The notes under the pieces are model-generated. The model made no database searches. It was not told where the DNA came from and saw only the letters and a list, made by a program, of their open reading frames with translations. The position numbers and the translations under genes were made by a program. From positions 1-36,409 of the forward strand of contig DATIEI010000250.1 of assembly GCA_035455845.1 (NCBI GenBank): a DNA stretch of 36,409 nt, written 5' to 3'. Numbering within the stretch: the first letter of the stretch is position 1; every line of letters begins with the position of its first letter. This document shows positions 9,464 through 19,510 of this stretch, piece by piece. Source of the stretch: Solirubrobacteraceae bacterium. Lineage in GTDB: Bacteria; Actinomycetota; Thermoleophilia; Solirubrobacterales; Solirubrobacteraceae.

Positions 9464-10491
9464 GCGGTTTGCACCTCCTGGATGCGCACAGGACGACCCT
9501 CTCTCAGCGACCGGCCCGCGGCAAGCCCGATGACCAGCGGAGCGCGGGCGTCGGCCGTCGACGCTGGCGGGTCCTCGCCGCGCTTGACCGCCGCGACGAA
9601 CGCCTGCCACTCGCGCATGTAGCTCGGCAGATAGCGCTCGAGAAAGAAATACGGGTTCGGGGGACGACGCTCCCCGTCGGCCGTCAGCACCGCCCCGGTG
9701 TGCCCGTGCGGGTTCTCAGACACCGCCATACCCTCCGATCCGAACACCTCGACGCGCTGGTCGTAGCCGTACGCAGCCCGGCGCGAATTGTCGATCGCGG
9801 TGAGGCACCCGTCCTCGTGGACGAGCGTGACCAGCGCGGTGTCGATGTCGCCTGCCTCGGCGAACGACGGCTCGATTCGAAGCGCGCCGCACGCGAACAC
9901 CTCGACGACCTCACTGCCGGTCACGAACCTGGCCATGTCGAAGTCGTGGATCATCATGTCGAGGAACAGGCCGCCCGAGCGCTTGACGTACTCGAGTGGC
10001 GGCGGCGAGGGGTCGCGACTCGAGATCCGCACGAGGTGCGGCTCGCCCACCGCTCCCGATACGACCGCCTCGCGGACCGACGCGTGGGCGGGATCGAACC
10101 GGCGGTTGAACCCGATCTGGAACGGCACACCGGCGGCGTCGATCGCGCCGAGCGCCCGGTCGAGCTCGGCCAGGTCGAGCGACACCGGCTTCTCGCAGAA
10201 CACGGCCTTGCCCGCCTCAGCCGCGGCAAGGAGCAGATCGACGTGCGTGTCGGAGCTCGAGCAGATCGCCACGGCGTCGAGATCGCCGGCGAATATCTCC
10301 TCCGCGCTCCCGACCGCGGGCACCCCGAGTTCGGTCGCCACGCCCTGTGCGGCCGGCGCGTCTGGGTCGAATACCGCGGTCAGCGCCGCCCCTGGAACCT
10401 GATGGGCGATCAGCTCGGCATGCATCCGGCCGATCCGGCCGACCCCGATCACGCCGATCCGCAGGGGCGCGACCGCGGTGGCGGCGCTCAC
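9460..10491 (-). CDS. iolG: Inositol 2-dehydrogenase (Gfo/Idh/MocA)
   Basis: GVGRIGRMHA, CEKP, GFNRRFD, SRDP, SGGLFLDMMIHDFD, YGYDQRVEVFG. GTG 10491 overlaps the upstream stop and follows GGAGGAGG. Confidence 0.92.
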   Translation of the reverse strand: MSAATAVAPLRIGVIGVGRIGRMHAELIAHQVPGAALTAVFDPDAPAAQGVATELGVPAVGSAEEIFAGDLDAVAICSSSDTHVDLLLAAAEAGKAVFCEKPVSLDLAELDRALGAIDAAGVPFQIGFNRRFDPAHASVREAVVSGAVGEPHLVRISSRDPSPPPLEYVKRSGGLFLDMMIHDFDMARFVTGSEVVEVFACGALRIEPSFAEAGDIDTALVTLVHEDGCLTAIDNSRRAAYGYDQRVEVFGSEGMAVSENPHGHTGAVLTADGERRPPNPYFFLERYLPSYMREWQAFVAAVKRGEDPPASTADARAPLVIGLAAGRSLREGRPVRIQEVQTA

Positions 10492-11695
10492 CGGCGCACC
10501 TCCTCCCAACCCCCGCTAGAGGCCGAGCGCAGCAGCGCGTCCTGCACCGCGGCCCAAGCCAGCGCCTCATCGAAGCTCGGCTCAAACGGCCGCTCCTCGG
10601 CCACCGCGCTACAGAACTCGTAGTCCTCGATCGTGACGAGGTCCTCGAACCCGATCGTGTTGCCGCTACCGGGCACGAAGATGCCGTGATGGAAGAACCG
10701 GTCGCCCCCCAGCACCCTGGTGTACCCAGACCCGCGGTCATCGGTCGCGCGGTAGACGCGCAGCTCGTTCAGGCGCTCGAAGTTCCAGCCAACCGCGCCG
10801 CGAGTGCCGTAGACGTCGAACGCGTTCTCGCTCTCGGGTCCGACCAGCGTCCGGCTGACCTCAAAGGTGCCGCGCGCGCCCGATGCGAACGTGCACAGCA
10901 TCGCCGCGTAGTCCTCGTTGGTGACCGGCGTGCGCGGATCGTCCGGCCGTCCCCGGCCGTAGTGGCTCGCGCCGTCACCGGGCGCAGGCCGTTCCCGGAT
11001 GAACGTGTCGAGGATCCCGGTCACCTTGGTGATCGGGCCGAGGAGCATGTGCGCGAGGTCGACCGCATGGCTCATCAGATCGCTGGTGACGCCGTAGCCG
11101 GCCCGGTCGAGCTGGAAGCGCCACGAGTTGAGGCCGAGCGGGTCGGCGCCGTACATCGAGAAGAACCGCCCGCGGTAGTTGGTGATCTCGCCGAGCTCGC
11201 CGCTCCCGATCAGCTCCCGCGCGTAGCGCACCAGCGGGGCCCAGCGATAGTTGAAGCCCACGCCGCTGATCACTCGAGCCGCCCGCGCCGCGCGGGCGGC
11301 CCGCGCCACCTGCTCGGGCGTGCCCCCGACCGGCTTCTCGCAGAACACGGCCTTGCCCGCCTGCGCGGCGGCCTCGACCAGTTCTACGTGCACCATGTTC
11401 GGGGCAGCGATGTAGATGACCTCGACGTCCGGATCCTCGATCACCGACTCCCAGGCGGCCGAAGCGCGTTTGAAGCCGAACGAGCTCGTGGCCTGCTCGA
11501 CGCGGGCCGGCAGCGCGTCGCTGCAGGCGACCAGCACGGGGTCGAACGTGCGGTTCTCGAACAGCGTGGGGATCCGCAGAAGCGAGCGCGTGTGGGCCTG
11601 GCCGAGCCACCCGAAGCCGATCACTCCGACCCCGATCCTGCGCCGGCGGGCGCCGGTGCGCGGCGCGCTCGAAGTTCTCGGTTCCGCGGTCGTGC

Positions 11696-11699
<4 letters not shown>
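10488..11699 (-). CDS. Gfo/Idh/MocA oxidoreductase (scyllo-inositol/L-glucose or levoglucosan dehydrogenase-like subfamily)
   Basis: [30 protein letters not shown] (DxxxH), NED, FERLNEL. Subfamily assignment is from recalled sequence style only. Confidence 0.85.
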
Positions 11700-12546
<847 letters not shown>

Positions 12547-12550
<4 letters not shown>

Positions 12551-13632
12551 CGCCGCGCCTTCAGTGCGCTCCGGTAGATCAGGGTGTTGACGATCACTGC
12601 GACGAACAGGATCACCCCGAGGAACGCGAAGTTCCAGGAGCTGTCCCAGTTGGCGTAGATCACCCCTTCGAAAGCCATCCCGATGATGCAGGCGCCGAGC
12701 GCCGCGCCGATCGCCGATCCGTAGCCACCGGTCAGCAGGCAGCCCCCTACGACCGCCGCGATGATGTAGAAGAACTCGTACCCGACGCCCTGCTCGGACA
12801 CCGCCGAGGAGGCCTGGGTGAACGAGATGATCCCGACCAGAGCCGCGGCCAGCGCAGTCGCGACGAACAGCAGGACCTTGGTCCGGTTGACCGGCACGCC
12901 GGTGTTCCGGGCCGCGTTCTGATCGCCACCCACCGCGAAGATCCAGTTCCCGAACTTGGTCCGGCTGAGTACCCACGTGGCGACGATCGTCACTCCGATG
13001 AACCACAGGATCGCCGTCGAATAGCCGCTGGGCAGCGTGCCGCTCGAGAAGAACGAGGAGCCGAAGATCGACTTCGCGCTGTGCAGGCCGGCAGGATTGA
13101 CGGTGGTGACCGTGACCTGCGTCGAGCCGTGGTTCAGGAGCAGCACGCCGCCGGTGCTCGCGCCGCGCAGGATGAAGAACGTGGCCAGCGTGACGATGAA
13201 GCTCGGCAGCTTGGTCAGCACCACTATGTAGCCGTTGATCAGCCCGATCACCGTGGCGAAGACGAGCGTGATCAGGATCGCCAGCCAGGTGTCCACGTGC
13301 CACTTGCCGACCAGCAGCGCCATCACGATCGCGGTGACGCCGGTCATCACTCCGGCCGACAGGTCGAACTCCCCGCCGATCATCAACAGGCCGACCGGCA
13401 CCGAGACGATCCCGAAGAACGCCGCCTGCTGCGTCCACGCGGCGACGCCGGTCTGCTTGAGCCACAGATGGTTGGAGCTGGCGTCGGTGATCGCGAACAT
13501 CACGAACACGAACACCGCGGCCAGCAGCGAGCCGAGCTCCGGCCGTCGGAGGGTTCGGGTGATCCGGCTGATCGGAACCAACCGTTCATCTTGTGCCGGC
13601 GGCGCTGCTACCGGCGGTGAGGTGGCACTCAT
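12547..13632 (-). CDS. Sugar (inositol) ABC transporter permease, RbsC type
   Basis: [45 protein letters not shown]. Confidence 0.93.
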
Positions 13633-13656
13633 TGTCGTGAGGGTTACGGTGCTGTC

Positions 13657-13690
13657 GCCACCGGACGAGCGTCGACTCCCGCCCGGTGGC
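13657..13690 (-). terminator. Intra-operon stem-loop after the solute-binding protein gene (attenuator or mRNA stabiliser)
   Basis: GCCACCGG (13657-13664) and CCGGTGGC (13683-13690) form an 8-bp inverted repeat in the only gap of the operon. Confidence 0.55.
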
Positions 13691-13719
13691 CTTCTCGTTG
13701 TGTAGTGCTGTCTCTTCTG

Positions 13720-14805
13720 TCAGTCCTGTCCTGCGGCAATCGCCGCCGATACCTTGCCGATGTTCGACTTGGTCACGACCAGCGGCCCACTGGCCACGGT
13801 CGTCCCGCCGCCGACGGTCTGGCCGTTCTTGCGCTTGTACAGGTCGAGGAACACGAGCGGCAGGTAGCCCTGCAGATACTGCTGCTGATCGATCGCGAAC
13901 GACAACGACCCGTTCTGGATGTCCTGCTGCACGCCCGAGTTCAGGTCGAAAGTGGCGATCTTCGGGTTACCGGCCGGATGGCTGGTCACCACCGCGGTGC
14001 CGATCGCGTTGTTCAGGGCCATCACCGCGTTGATCCCGGTGTGCGTCTGCAGGTACGAGGTGACCTGGCCGATCGCCTGCTGCGGGTTCGAGGCAGCATT
14101 GGGCGTCGAGAGCGTCAGCTCGGTGCAGGCCGGTCCGCTCGACGGAGCGCTTCCGGTCTTGCACTGCTGGCCCACACCCAGCGCCTGCGCGATTCCGTTG
14201 CAGCGGTCGAGCAGGTTCTGGCCGGACTGGTGGATGATGCACAGGACGTTGGTGGCGCCGAGCTTCTTGAACGCCAGGCCCGAGGCCTGTCCGGCCAGCT
14301 GCTCCGGCTGGCCCACGCACGTGAGCGCGCGGCTCGCCGCGATGTCGGCGTCGTCGCAGCCGGCATTCAGCAACACCACCGGGATGCCCGCCGCAGCGGC
14401 CTTGGCCAGCGTCGGGTTCATCAGCGATGGATTGTGGTCGGAGACCGCCATGCCGTCGACGTGCGCGTTGATCGCATTATTGATCTGGGCGTTCTCCGCA
14501 TTGTCGTCGGGCTGCGCCTGACCCTGCTGCTGCGATCCGTACGTCTCGGTGAGCGTGCACCCGAGATCGGAGGCGGCGTCCTTGGCGCCCTTGTACACGA
14601 CGCTCCAGAAGCTCCCGTTGTCCCCGTGGGTGATCAGCGCGAACTTGTACGGGCAGACCTTGTTGCCGGTGCCCGCCGCGATGTTCACCGCACTGGTCGT
14701 CGAACCTGCGCTCGAGCTCTTGCTCGAGCTGCCGCACGCCACCACTACGAGGGCCGCAGCACCCACGGCGGCGACGATGCCGATACTGCGGGCCAGTCGT
14801 CTCAT
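13720..14805 (-). CDS. Sugar (inositol) ABC transporter substrate-binding lipoprotein
   Basis: Lipobox VVAC plus Ser linker; ITHG...SFWSVVYKGA; ATFDL; IDQQQYLQGY. Confidence 0.92.
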   Translation of the reverse strand: MRRLARSIGIVAAVGAAALVVVACGSSSKSSSAGSTTSAVNIAAGTGNKVCPYKFALITHGDNGSFWSVVYKGAKDAASDLGCTLTETYGSQQQGQAQPDDNAENAQINNAINAHVDGMAVSDHNPSLMNPTLAKAAAAGIPVVLLNAGCDDADIAASRALTCVGQPEQLAGQASGLAFKKLGATNVLCIIHQSGQNLLDRCNGIAQALGVGQQCKTGSAPSSGPACTELTLSTPNAASNPQQAIGQVTSYLQTHTGINAVMALNNAIGTAVVTSHPAGNPKIATFDLNSGVQQDIQNGSLSFAIDQQQYLQGYLPLVFLDLYKRKNGQTVGGGTTVASGPLVVTKSNIGKVSAAIAAGQD

Positions 14806-15740
14806 CGATTGATCTCCTCCGTCGTCGGAGCCGATTGGTGAAGGAAGGCGATGCTCTCCCGAGCGTCGCGCATCGGCCCGCCGGCCACCGTCGGCTCATC
14901 CCCGGTGATGGCGGTGTCCTGCTCGAGCACCAGCCACCCGTCGTAGCGGTAGCCCTGCAGGCCTTCCAATACGTCGGCGATCCGGGCATCGCCTCTGCCC
15001 AGCGCCGTGAACAGTCCGTCCTTGGTCGCGCCGAGCAACGAGCGCCGTCCGGCCCGGACCTCGGCGGCCAGACTGCCGTCGACGTCCTTGAGATGGACGT
15101 GCCTCACGCGGTCGCCGTGCTCGCGGGCGAACTGCACGGGATCGGTCCCGCCGATCAACAGGTGCCCGGTGTCCAGGCACCAGCCGATCTCGACCACCTC
15201 AAGCGCGCGCTGCACCTGGGCGGCGGTCTCGATCAGCGTGCCGGCATGCGGATGCAGCGCCACCGCCATCCCGTACTCCTCGCGCGCGAGTGCCTCGATC
15301 GCGTTCAGGTGCGCGGCCAGCCGGGCCCACTCGTGGTCGCTGAGCTCACGCGGCGCGCTCCACTCGACGTCCTGCACAGCGGCCAGCACGAGCATCCGGC
15401 CGCCCGCCCCGCTCATCAGCCGGGCCGCCCGCCGGGTCTCCTCGACGGCTTGGTCGAGGTCCGGCTCGTGCAGCACGAGTGGGACGAACCCGCCGACCAG
15501 CGTCAACCCGTATCGCTCGAGCATGTTGGCCAGGGCCGCCGGCTCGTCGGGCAGGAACCCCGGAGGGCCGAGCTCGGTTCCGCGCAGGCCGAGCTCCGCC
15601 ATCTCCGCGAGCACAGCCTCGGGCGAGGGCATCACGCCCCAGCCGGGCACCTCGCACGCGCCCCACGAGATCGGCGCGCCGGCCAACCGTTCGGCGATCG
15701 GAACCGCGGCACTGCGCGCTCGTGCGTGCGTTGCCTGCAT
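14802..15740 (-). CDS. iolE: myo-inosose-2 dehydratase-like TIM-barrel protein
   Basis: GAPISWGACEVPGWG, HPHAGT, CLDTGH, HVHLKDV, WLVLEQD; first gene of an iol operon. Confidence 0.82.
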   Translation of the reverse strand: MQATHARARSAAVPIAERLAGAPISWGACEVPGWGVMPSPEAVLAEMAELGLRGTELGPPGFLPDEPAALANMLERYGLTLVGGFVPLVLHEPDLDQAVEETRRAARLMSGAGGRMLVLAAVQDVEWSAPRELSDHEWARLAAHLNAIEALAREEYGMAVALHPHAGTLIETAAQVQRALEVVEIGWCLDTGHLLIGGTDPVQFAREHGDRVRHVHLKDVDGSLAAEVRAGRRSLLGATKDGLFTALGRGDARIADVLEGLQGYRYDGWLVLEQDTAITGDEPTVAGGPMRDARESIAFLHQSAPTTEEINR

Positions 15741-15771
15741 CCTGGGTCCTGGGTCCTCTCCTCCGGGTGCG

Positions 15772-15787
15772 CGTAGACCGCTCTAAC
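15772..15787. promoter_or_regulatory. Secondary LacI-type operator
   Basis: CGTAGACCGCTCTAAC matches the perfect palindrome at 15799 at 13/16 positions. Confidence 0.65.
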
Positions 15788-15798
15788 CCGGGCCTGTA

Positions 15799-15814
15799 GT
15801 TAGAGCGCTCTAAC
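15799..15814. promoter_or_regulatory. Primary LacI-type operator of the iol operon
   Basis: Perfect 16-bp palindrome GTTAGAGCGCTCTAAC with central CG, just downstream of the predicted iol promoter. Confidence 0.85.
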
Positions 15815-15829
15815 GTTTCGGACCGGGCG

Positions 15830-15859
15830 ACTATATCCCGTGGATTCCGGCCAAGTCAA
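15830..15859 (-). promoter_or_regulatory. SigA-like promoter for the iol operon
   Basis: Minus strand TTGACT-N18-TATAGT. Confidence 0.7.
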
Positions 15860-15899
15860 GGGTCGGCGCCCCGCCCCACGCCCGGTCCGCTCCCACGCG

Positions 15900-15942
15900 C
15901 TTAGAGCGCGCTAACCCAATTGCAATATTGTCGCGCTCTAAG
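15900..15942. promoter_or_regulatory. Autoregulatory operator pair upstream of the LacI gene
   Basis: CTTAGAGCGCGCTAAC (15900-15915, 14/16) and ATTGTCGCGCTCTAAG (15927-15942, 11/16). Confidence 0.65.
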
Positions 15943-15948
15943 TAAGGT
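15920..15948 (+). promoter_or_regulatory. Possible SigA-like promoter for the LacI gene
   Basis: TTGCAA-N17-TAAGGT. Confidence 0.5.
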
Positions 15949-15957
15949 GCGCCCGCG

Positions 15958-17019
15958 ATGTCGGCCCGAGTGCGCCGTATCCCCGCCAGCGATTCGGTTA
16001 TCCGCCGAGCCCCCACCATGGAGGACGTCGCGCGCGAGGCGGGCGTGTCGCGCGCCCTGGTCTCGCTGGTCATGCGCGAGCGCCCCAACGTCAGCGAAGA
16101 GCGCCGGCGGCGCGTGCTCGACGTCGCCTCCCGGCTCGGCTACCGCCCGAACGCCATGGCGCGGAGCCTGGCCAGCCGGCGGACCAAGACCGTCGGAGTG
16201 ATCCTCGACGACCTCCGCAACCCGTTCTTCGCCGAGATCGCCGGCGGGGTCGAGGAGCTCGCGTTCGAGGTCGGCTACCAACTGCTGCTCGCCGCCGGCG
16301 GACGGCAGGCCCGCCGCGAGCGGGCCGCCATGGCCGCGCTGCTCGAGCACCGGGTCAGCGGCATCATCATGGTCAGCCCGCGCATGCCGGCCGGCGTGAT
16401 CGCCGCCGCGGCCGCGGAAGCGCCGCTCGTCATCGTGGGTCGCGCCGTGCGCGGCGTCGACGCCGACAGCGTGTTGATCAACGAGGCGCACGGCACCGGA
16501 CTGGTGCTCGACCACCTGATCGGGCTCGGGCACGAGGCGATCGCGCACGTCGACGGCGGCACCGGGGCCGGCGGTCCGCAGCGCCGCTCGGCCTATCTGC
16601 GCGGCATGCGGGGTCACCGGCTCGCGCGCCACGCGCTGGTCATTCCCGGCGACTTCACCGAGGAGGCCGGCGTGAGCGCCGCCGCCGAACTGGTGCGCCG
16701 GCCCCAGCTGCCCACCGCGATCTTCGCCGCCAACGACATGGTCGCGGCCGGACTGCTCGGCGGCCTTGACCGCGCCGGCGTGGAGGTGCCGCGCGACGTC
16801 TCGATCGTCGGCTACGACAACATCTCGATCGCCCATCTGGCCCACGTGTCGCTGACCACCGTGGATCAGCCGCGCACCGAGATGGGCCGCCTCGCACTCG
16901 AGCTCCTGCTCGATCGGATCGACAACCGGCGCGCCAACGAAGTGAGGCTGATCGAACCATCGCTGGTGATCCGCTCGACCACCGCGCCACCGCGCACGCT
17001 GGCGGCGGCTGTCGCCTGA
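15958..17019 (+). CDS. LacI-family transcriptional regulator (probable inositol operon repressor)
   Basis: HTH PTMEDVAREAGVSRALVSLV, hinge GYRPNAMARSL, AIFAANDMVAAG, VSIVGYD, LTTVDQP. Start could be downstream of 15958. Confidence 0.93.
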   Translation: MSARVRRIPASDSVIRRAPTMEDVAREAGVSRALVSLVMRERPNVSEERRRRVLDVASRLGYRPNAMARSLASRRTKTVGVILDDLRNPFFAEIAGGVEELAFEVGYQLLLAAGGRQARRERAAMAALLEHRVSGIIMVSPRMPAGVIAAAAAEAPLVIVGRAVRGVDADSVLINEAHGTGLVLDHLIGLGHEAIAHVDGGTGAGGPQRRSAYLRGMRGHRLARHALVIPGDFTEEAGVSAAAELVRRPQLPTAIFAANDMVAAGLLGGLDRAGVEVPRDVSIVGYDNISIAHLAHVSLTTVDQPRTEMGRLALELLLDRIDNRRANEVRLIEPSLVIRSTTAPPRTLAAAVA

Positions 17020-17029
17020 GCGCGATCGC

Positions 17030-17704
17030 GTGTGGCCAACGTCGCCCGATGAGCTCATCGAGACGCAGCACGCGCTCGCGACCGCGAGTCCGGAACGCTG
17101 GCATCCGGCTCAGACAAGTTCGCTGGCCATCGGCGCGTGCGCGGTTGTGTTTGGGCGCGGCCTGGCCGGACGCGGGGCGCGCGGAGATCCCGCCTGGGCC
17201 GCGGCGGCCGTACTGCTCCGACGCCGCGTCGTAGCTGAGTGCACCGTCACCGGCGCGGCCGCCGCGCCGTATGTGGCCGGCCTGCTCGCGCTCCGCGAAG
17301 GACCGTGCCTGGAGGCGGCGGTGCGCGCGCTGCCGGTCGCGCCGGACGTGCTGCTGGTTGACGCCACCGGTGCCGACCATCCCCGCCGCGCCGGCCTGGC
17401 GCTGCATCTCGGCGCGGTTACGGGCCTTGCCAGCGTGGGCGTCACGCATCGTCCGCTGCTCGCGCGGGGCGAGTGGCCCGAGGATGTGCGCGGCGCGCAC
17501 TCGCCGCTGATCCTCGACGGAGACGTGGTCGGCGCCTGGCTGCGCACCCGTCGCGGAGCACGACCGGTGGCCGTTCATCCCGGTTGGCGAACCACGCTCG
17601 CCGACGCGATCGACGTCGTGTCGGCGGCCGCGCTCGGTCATCGCACGCCGGAGCCGTTGCGACATGCGCGCCACCGCGCGCGCATCGCGCGCGCAAATGG
17701 GTAG
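17030..17704 (+). CDS. nfi: Endonuclease V family protein (atypical active site)
   Basis: Wedge PYVAGLLALRE, PDVLLVDATGADHPRRAGLA, RTPEPLR. Confidence 0.85.
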   Translation: MWPTSPDELIETQHALATASPERWHPAQTSSLAIGACAVVFGRGLAGRGARGDPAWAAAAVLLRRRVVAECTVTGAAAAPYVAGLLALREGPCLEAAVRALPVAPDVLLVDATGADHPRRAGLALHLGAVTGLASVGVTHRPLLARGEWPEDVRGAHSPLILDGDVVGAWLRTRRGARPVAVHPGWRTTLADAIDVVSAAALGHRTPEPLRHARHRARIARANG

Positions 17705-17746
17705 CTTGTCGAGCGTCCCAACACCTATCCCACGAAGGAGAAAGAA

Positions 17747-18286
17747 ATGCCTCAGGCCAGAAGCAGCGGTTCGAGCTCGGGTGGCTCGTCGCGCCGCAGC
17801 TCATCGTCGCGTTCGAGCGGCAGCGGATCGAGCGGCTCGCGTCGGAGCACCAGCGCCAAGAGCACCGCGAGTCGAAGCAGCGGCACCCGAAGCAAGGCCA
17901 GCAGCCGGAGCGGCGGGAGCACCGCGAGCCGTTCTCGCTCCACTCGTTCCTCCGGCGCGCGCTCCGCACGCTCAACCGGGGCGCGAGCCGCGCAGACCGC
18001 GAGCGCGGGTGCAAGTCAGGCCGCGGGCGCAGCCGACGCGCGGGTCGAGGCGGTCGCGCAGCGTGTCCGCAAGCTCAACGAGCGGATCATCGAGGAGAGC
18101 AAGTCGGCGGGCGAGGCGACGCTGAGCGCGTATGAGAAGGCACTCAAGGCGATCGCGAGCTCACTCGAGCGCGGGCCGGGCAAGAGCGAGGTCGAGTGGG
18201 TCTCCACGCTGGCCACCACTCAGGCGAAGTGGATCCGCGACGTGACCGCCGCATGGACGTCGGCCGCGCGCGGGATGCTCAAGTAG
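17747..18286 (+). CDS. Hypothetical protein: Ser/Arg-rich disordered N-terminus plus helical, phasin-like C-terminus
   Basis: Strong RBS (AAGGAG) before ATG; fills the gap between nfi and the MFS gene; C-terminal RKLNERIIEESKSAGEATLSAYEKAL...EWVSTLATTQAKWIRDVT has amphipathic periodicity. Confidence 0.8.
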   Translation: MPQARSSGSSSGGSSRRSSSSRSSGSGSSGSRRSTSAKSTASRSSGTRSKASSRSGGSTASRSRSTRSSGARSARSTGARAAQTASAGASQAAGAADARVEAVAQRVRKLNERIIEESKSAGEATLSAYEKALKAIASSLERGPGKSEVEWVSTLATTQAKWIRDVTAAWTSAARGMLK

Positions 18287-19493
18287 CCCGCCGCCTGAGT
18301 AGAGCGATCGGCGCGGTCACGAGCACGGCGACCGCCGCCGCAAACAATGCACCCGTGGGGTCGGCCGCGCGCGCCGCAACGCCGACCAGCGGGCCGCCCA
18401 GGCCGACACCCGCGTCGAAGTAGGCGAAGAACGCGCCGGCGGTGCGGCCGTGGCGGCTGGGCGGGACCGAGGCGAGCGCCAGCAAGCCGAGGCTCGGGAC
18501 GGCCAGCCCCTGGCCAAGCGACATGACGAGCAGCGCCACGAGCGCGAGCGGCGCGCCGCTCGCGGCGGCCAGACCGGCCAGGCCGGCGGACTCGAGCAGC
18601 ACGGCGACCGACAGCGTACGAGCGGGGCCGAAGCGATCGGGGACGCCGGCCAGCACGGTCCGGCTGAGGATCACGCCGATCCCGAATACCGGGATCACGA
18701 GCTTGGCGATTCCCGAACCCTGCTGGGTCGCGGCGGCCGCGCCGAACGACAGCAGCGCGACGTAACCGAAGTTGACCAGCATCAGACCGAGGCCGGGTCG
18801 GATCGTCACGCGCCACGCGCTGATCTGCTCGCCCGCGTCGGCCTCATCTTCCTCTTGTGTCCGGGCGTGCTCGGCGCGCGCCTCCGGCGCGCCGGCCATG
18901 GCCGCGGCGAAGCCGGCCGCGACCAGCGGCAGGATGGCCGCCGCGATCCACACCCGCGTGGGATGGGCATCGCCGGAGAGCAGCTGCGACAGCGGCGCCC
19001 CGACGGTCAGGCCGGCGTAGTTGGCCAGTCCCACGTGTCCCATCGCGCGGCCGCGCCGCTCCGGACCGGCCAGGCGCAGCAGCCACAGCACCGCCGCCGC
19101 CATCATCGCCGCCTCGCCGGCGCCAACCAGCAGCCGGCTGATGATCAGCAGCGGCAGCGCCGGCACGAATGCCGGGATCGTCCCGACCGTCATCACCAGC
19201 GCGCCGATGACCATGATCCGCGCGGGCCCGATGCGGTCCGCGAGCCGGCCGCCCAGCGGCCGTCCGGCCGCGCCGGTCAGCGCCGGCGCGCCAACGGCCA
19301 GACCGACCATCACGGCGCCGCCACCGAGTGAGTGAACATAGTCGGGCAGGATCCCGAGCACCGTGCCGAGTGCCGCATAACACAGCACCGCGGTGAGGAG
19401 CACGAGCGCATAGCGGTGCGTCCCGGTCTCGGCGCGTGCGCGTGTCGATGGCACGAATTGGCGTGAGCGAACTGCTTCGAGCATCGAGCTCAT
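18279..19493 (-). CDS. MFS transporter
   Basis: About 12 TM segments; motif A GRLADRIGPAR and PDRFGPAR; RLLVGAGE. Start tentatively at ATG 19493, 7 nt after a CAACAT -10-like hexamer (possibly leaderless). Confidence 0.88.
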   Translation of the reverse strand: MSSMLEAVRSRQFVPSTRARAETGTHRYALVLLTAVLCYAALGTVLGILPDYVHSLGGGAVMVGLAVGAPALTGAAGRPLGGRLADRIGPARIMVIGALVMTVGTIPAFVPALPLLIISRLLVGAGEAAMMAAAVLWLLRLAGPERRGRAMGHVGLANYAGLTVGAPLSQLLSGDAHPTRVWIAAAILPLVAAGFAAAMAGAPEARAEHARTQEEDEADAGEQISAWRVTIRPGLGLMLVNFGYVALLSFGAAAATQQGSGIAKLVIPVFGIGVILSRTVLAGVPDRFGPARTLSVAVLLESAGLAGLAAASGAPLALVALLVMSLGQGLAVPSLGLLALASVPPSRHGRTAGAFFAYFDAGVGLGGPLVGVAARAADPTGALFAAAVAVLVTAPIALLRRRAT

Positions 19494-19510
19494 GTCGTTC
19501 ATGTTGCCCC

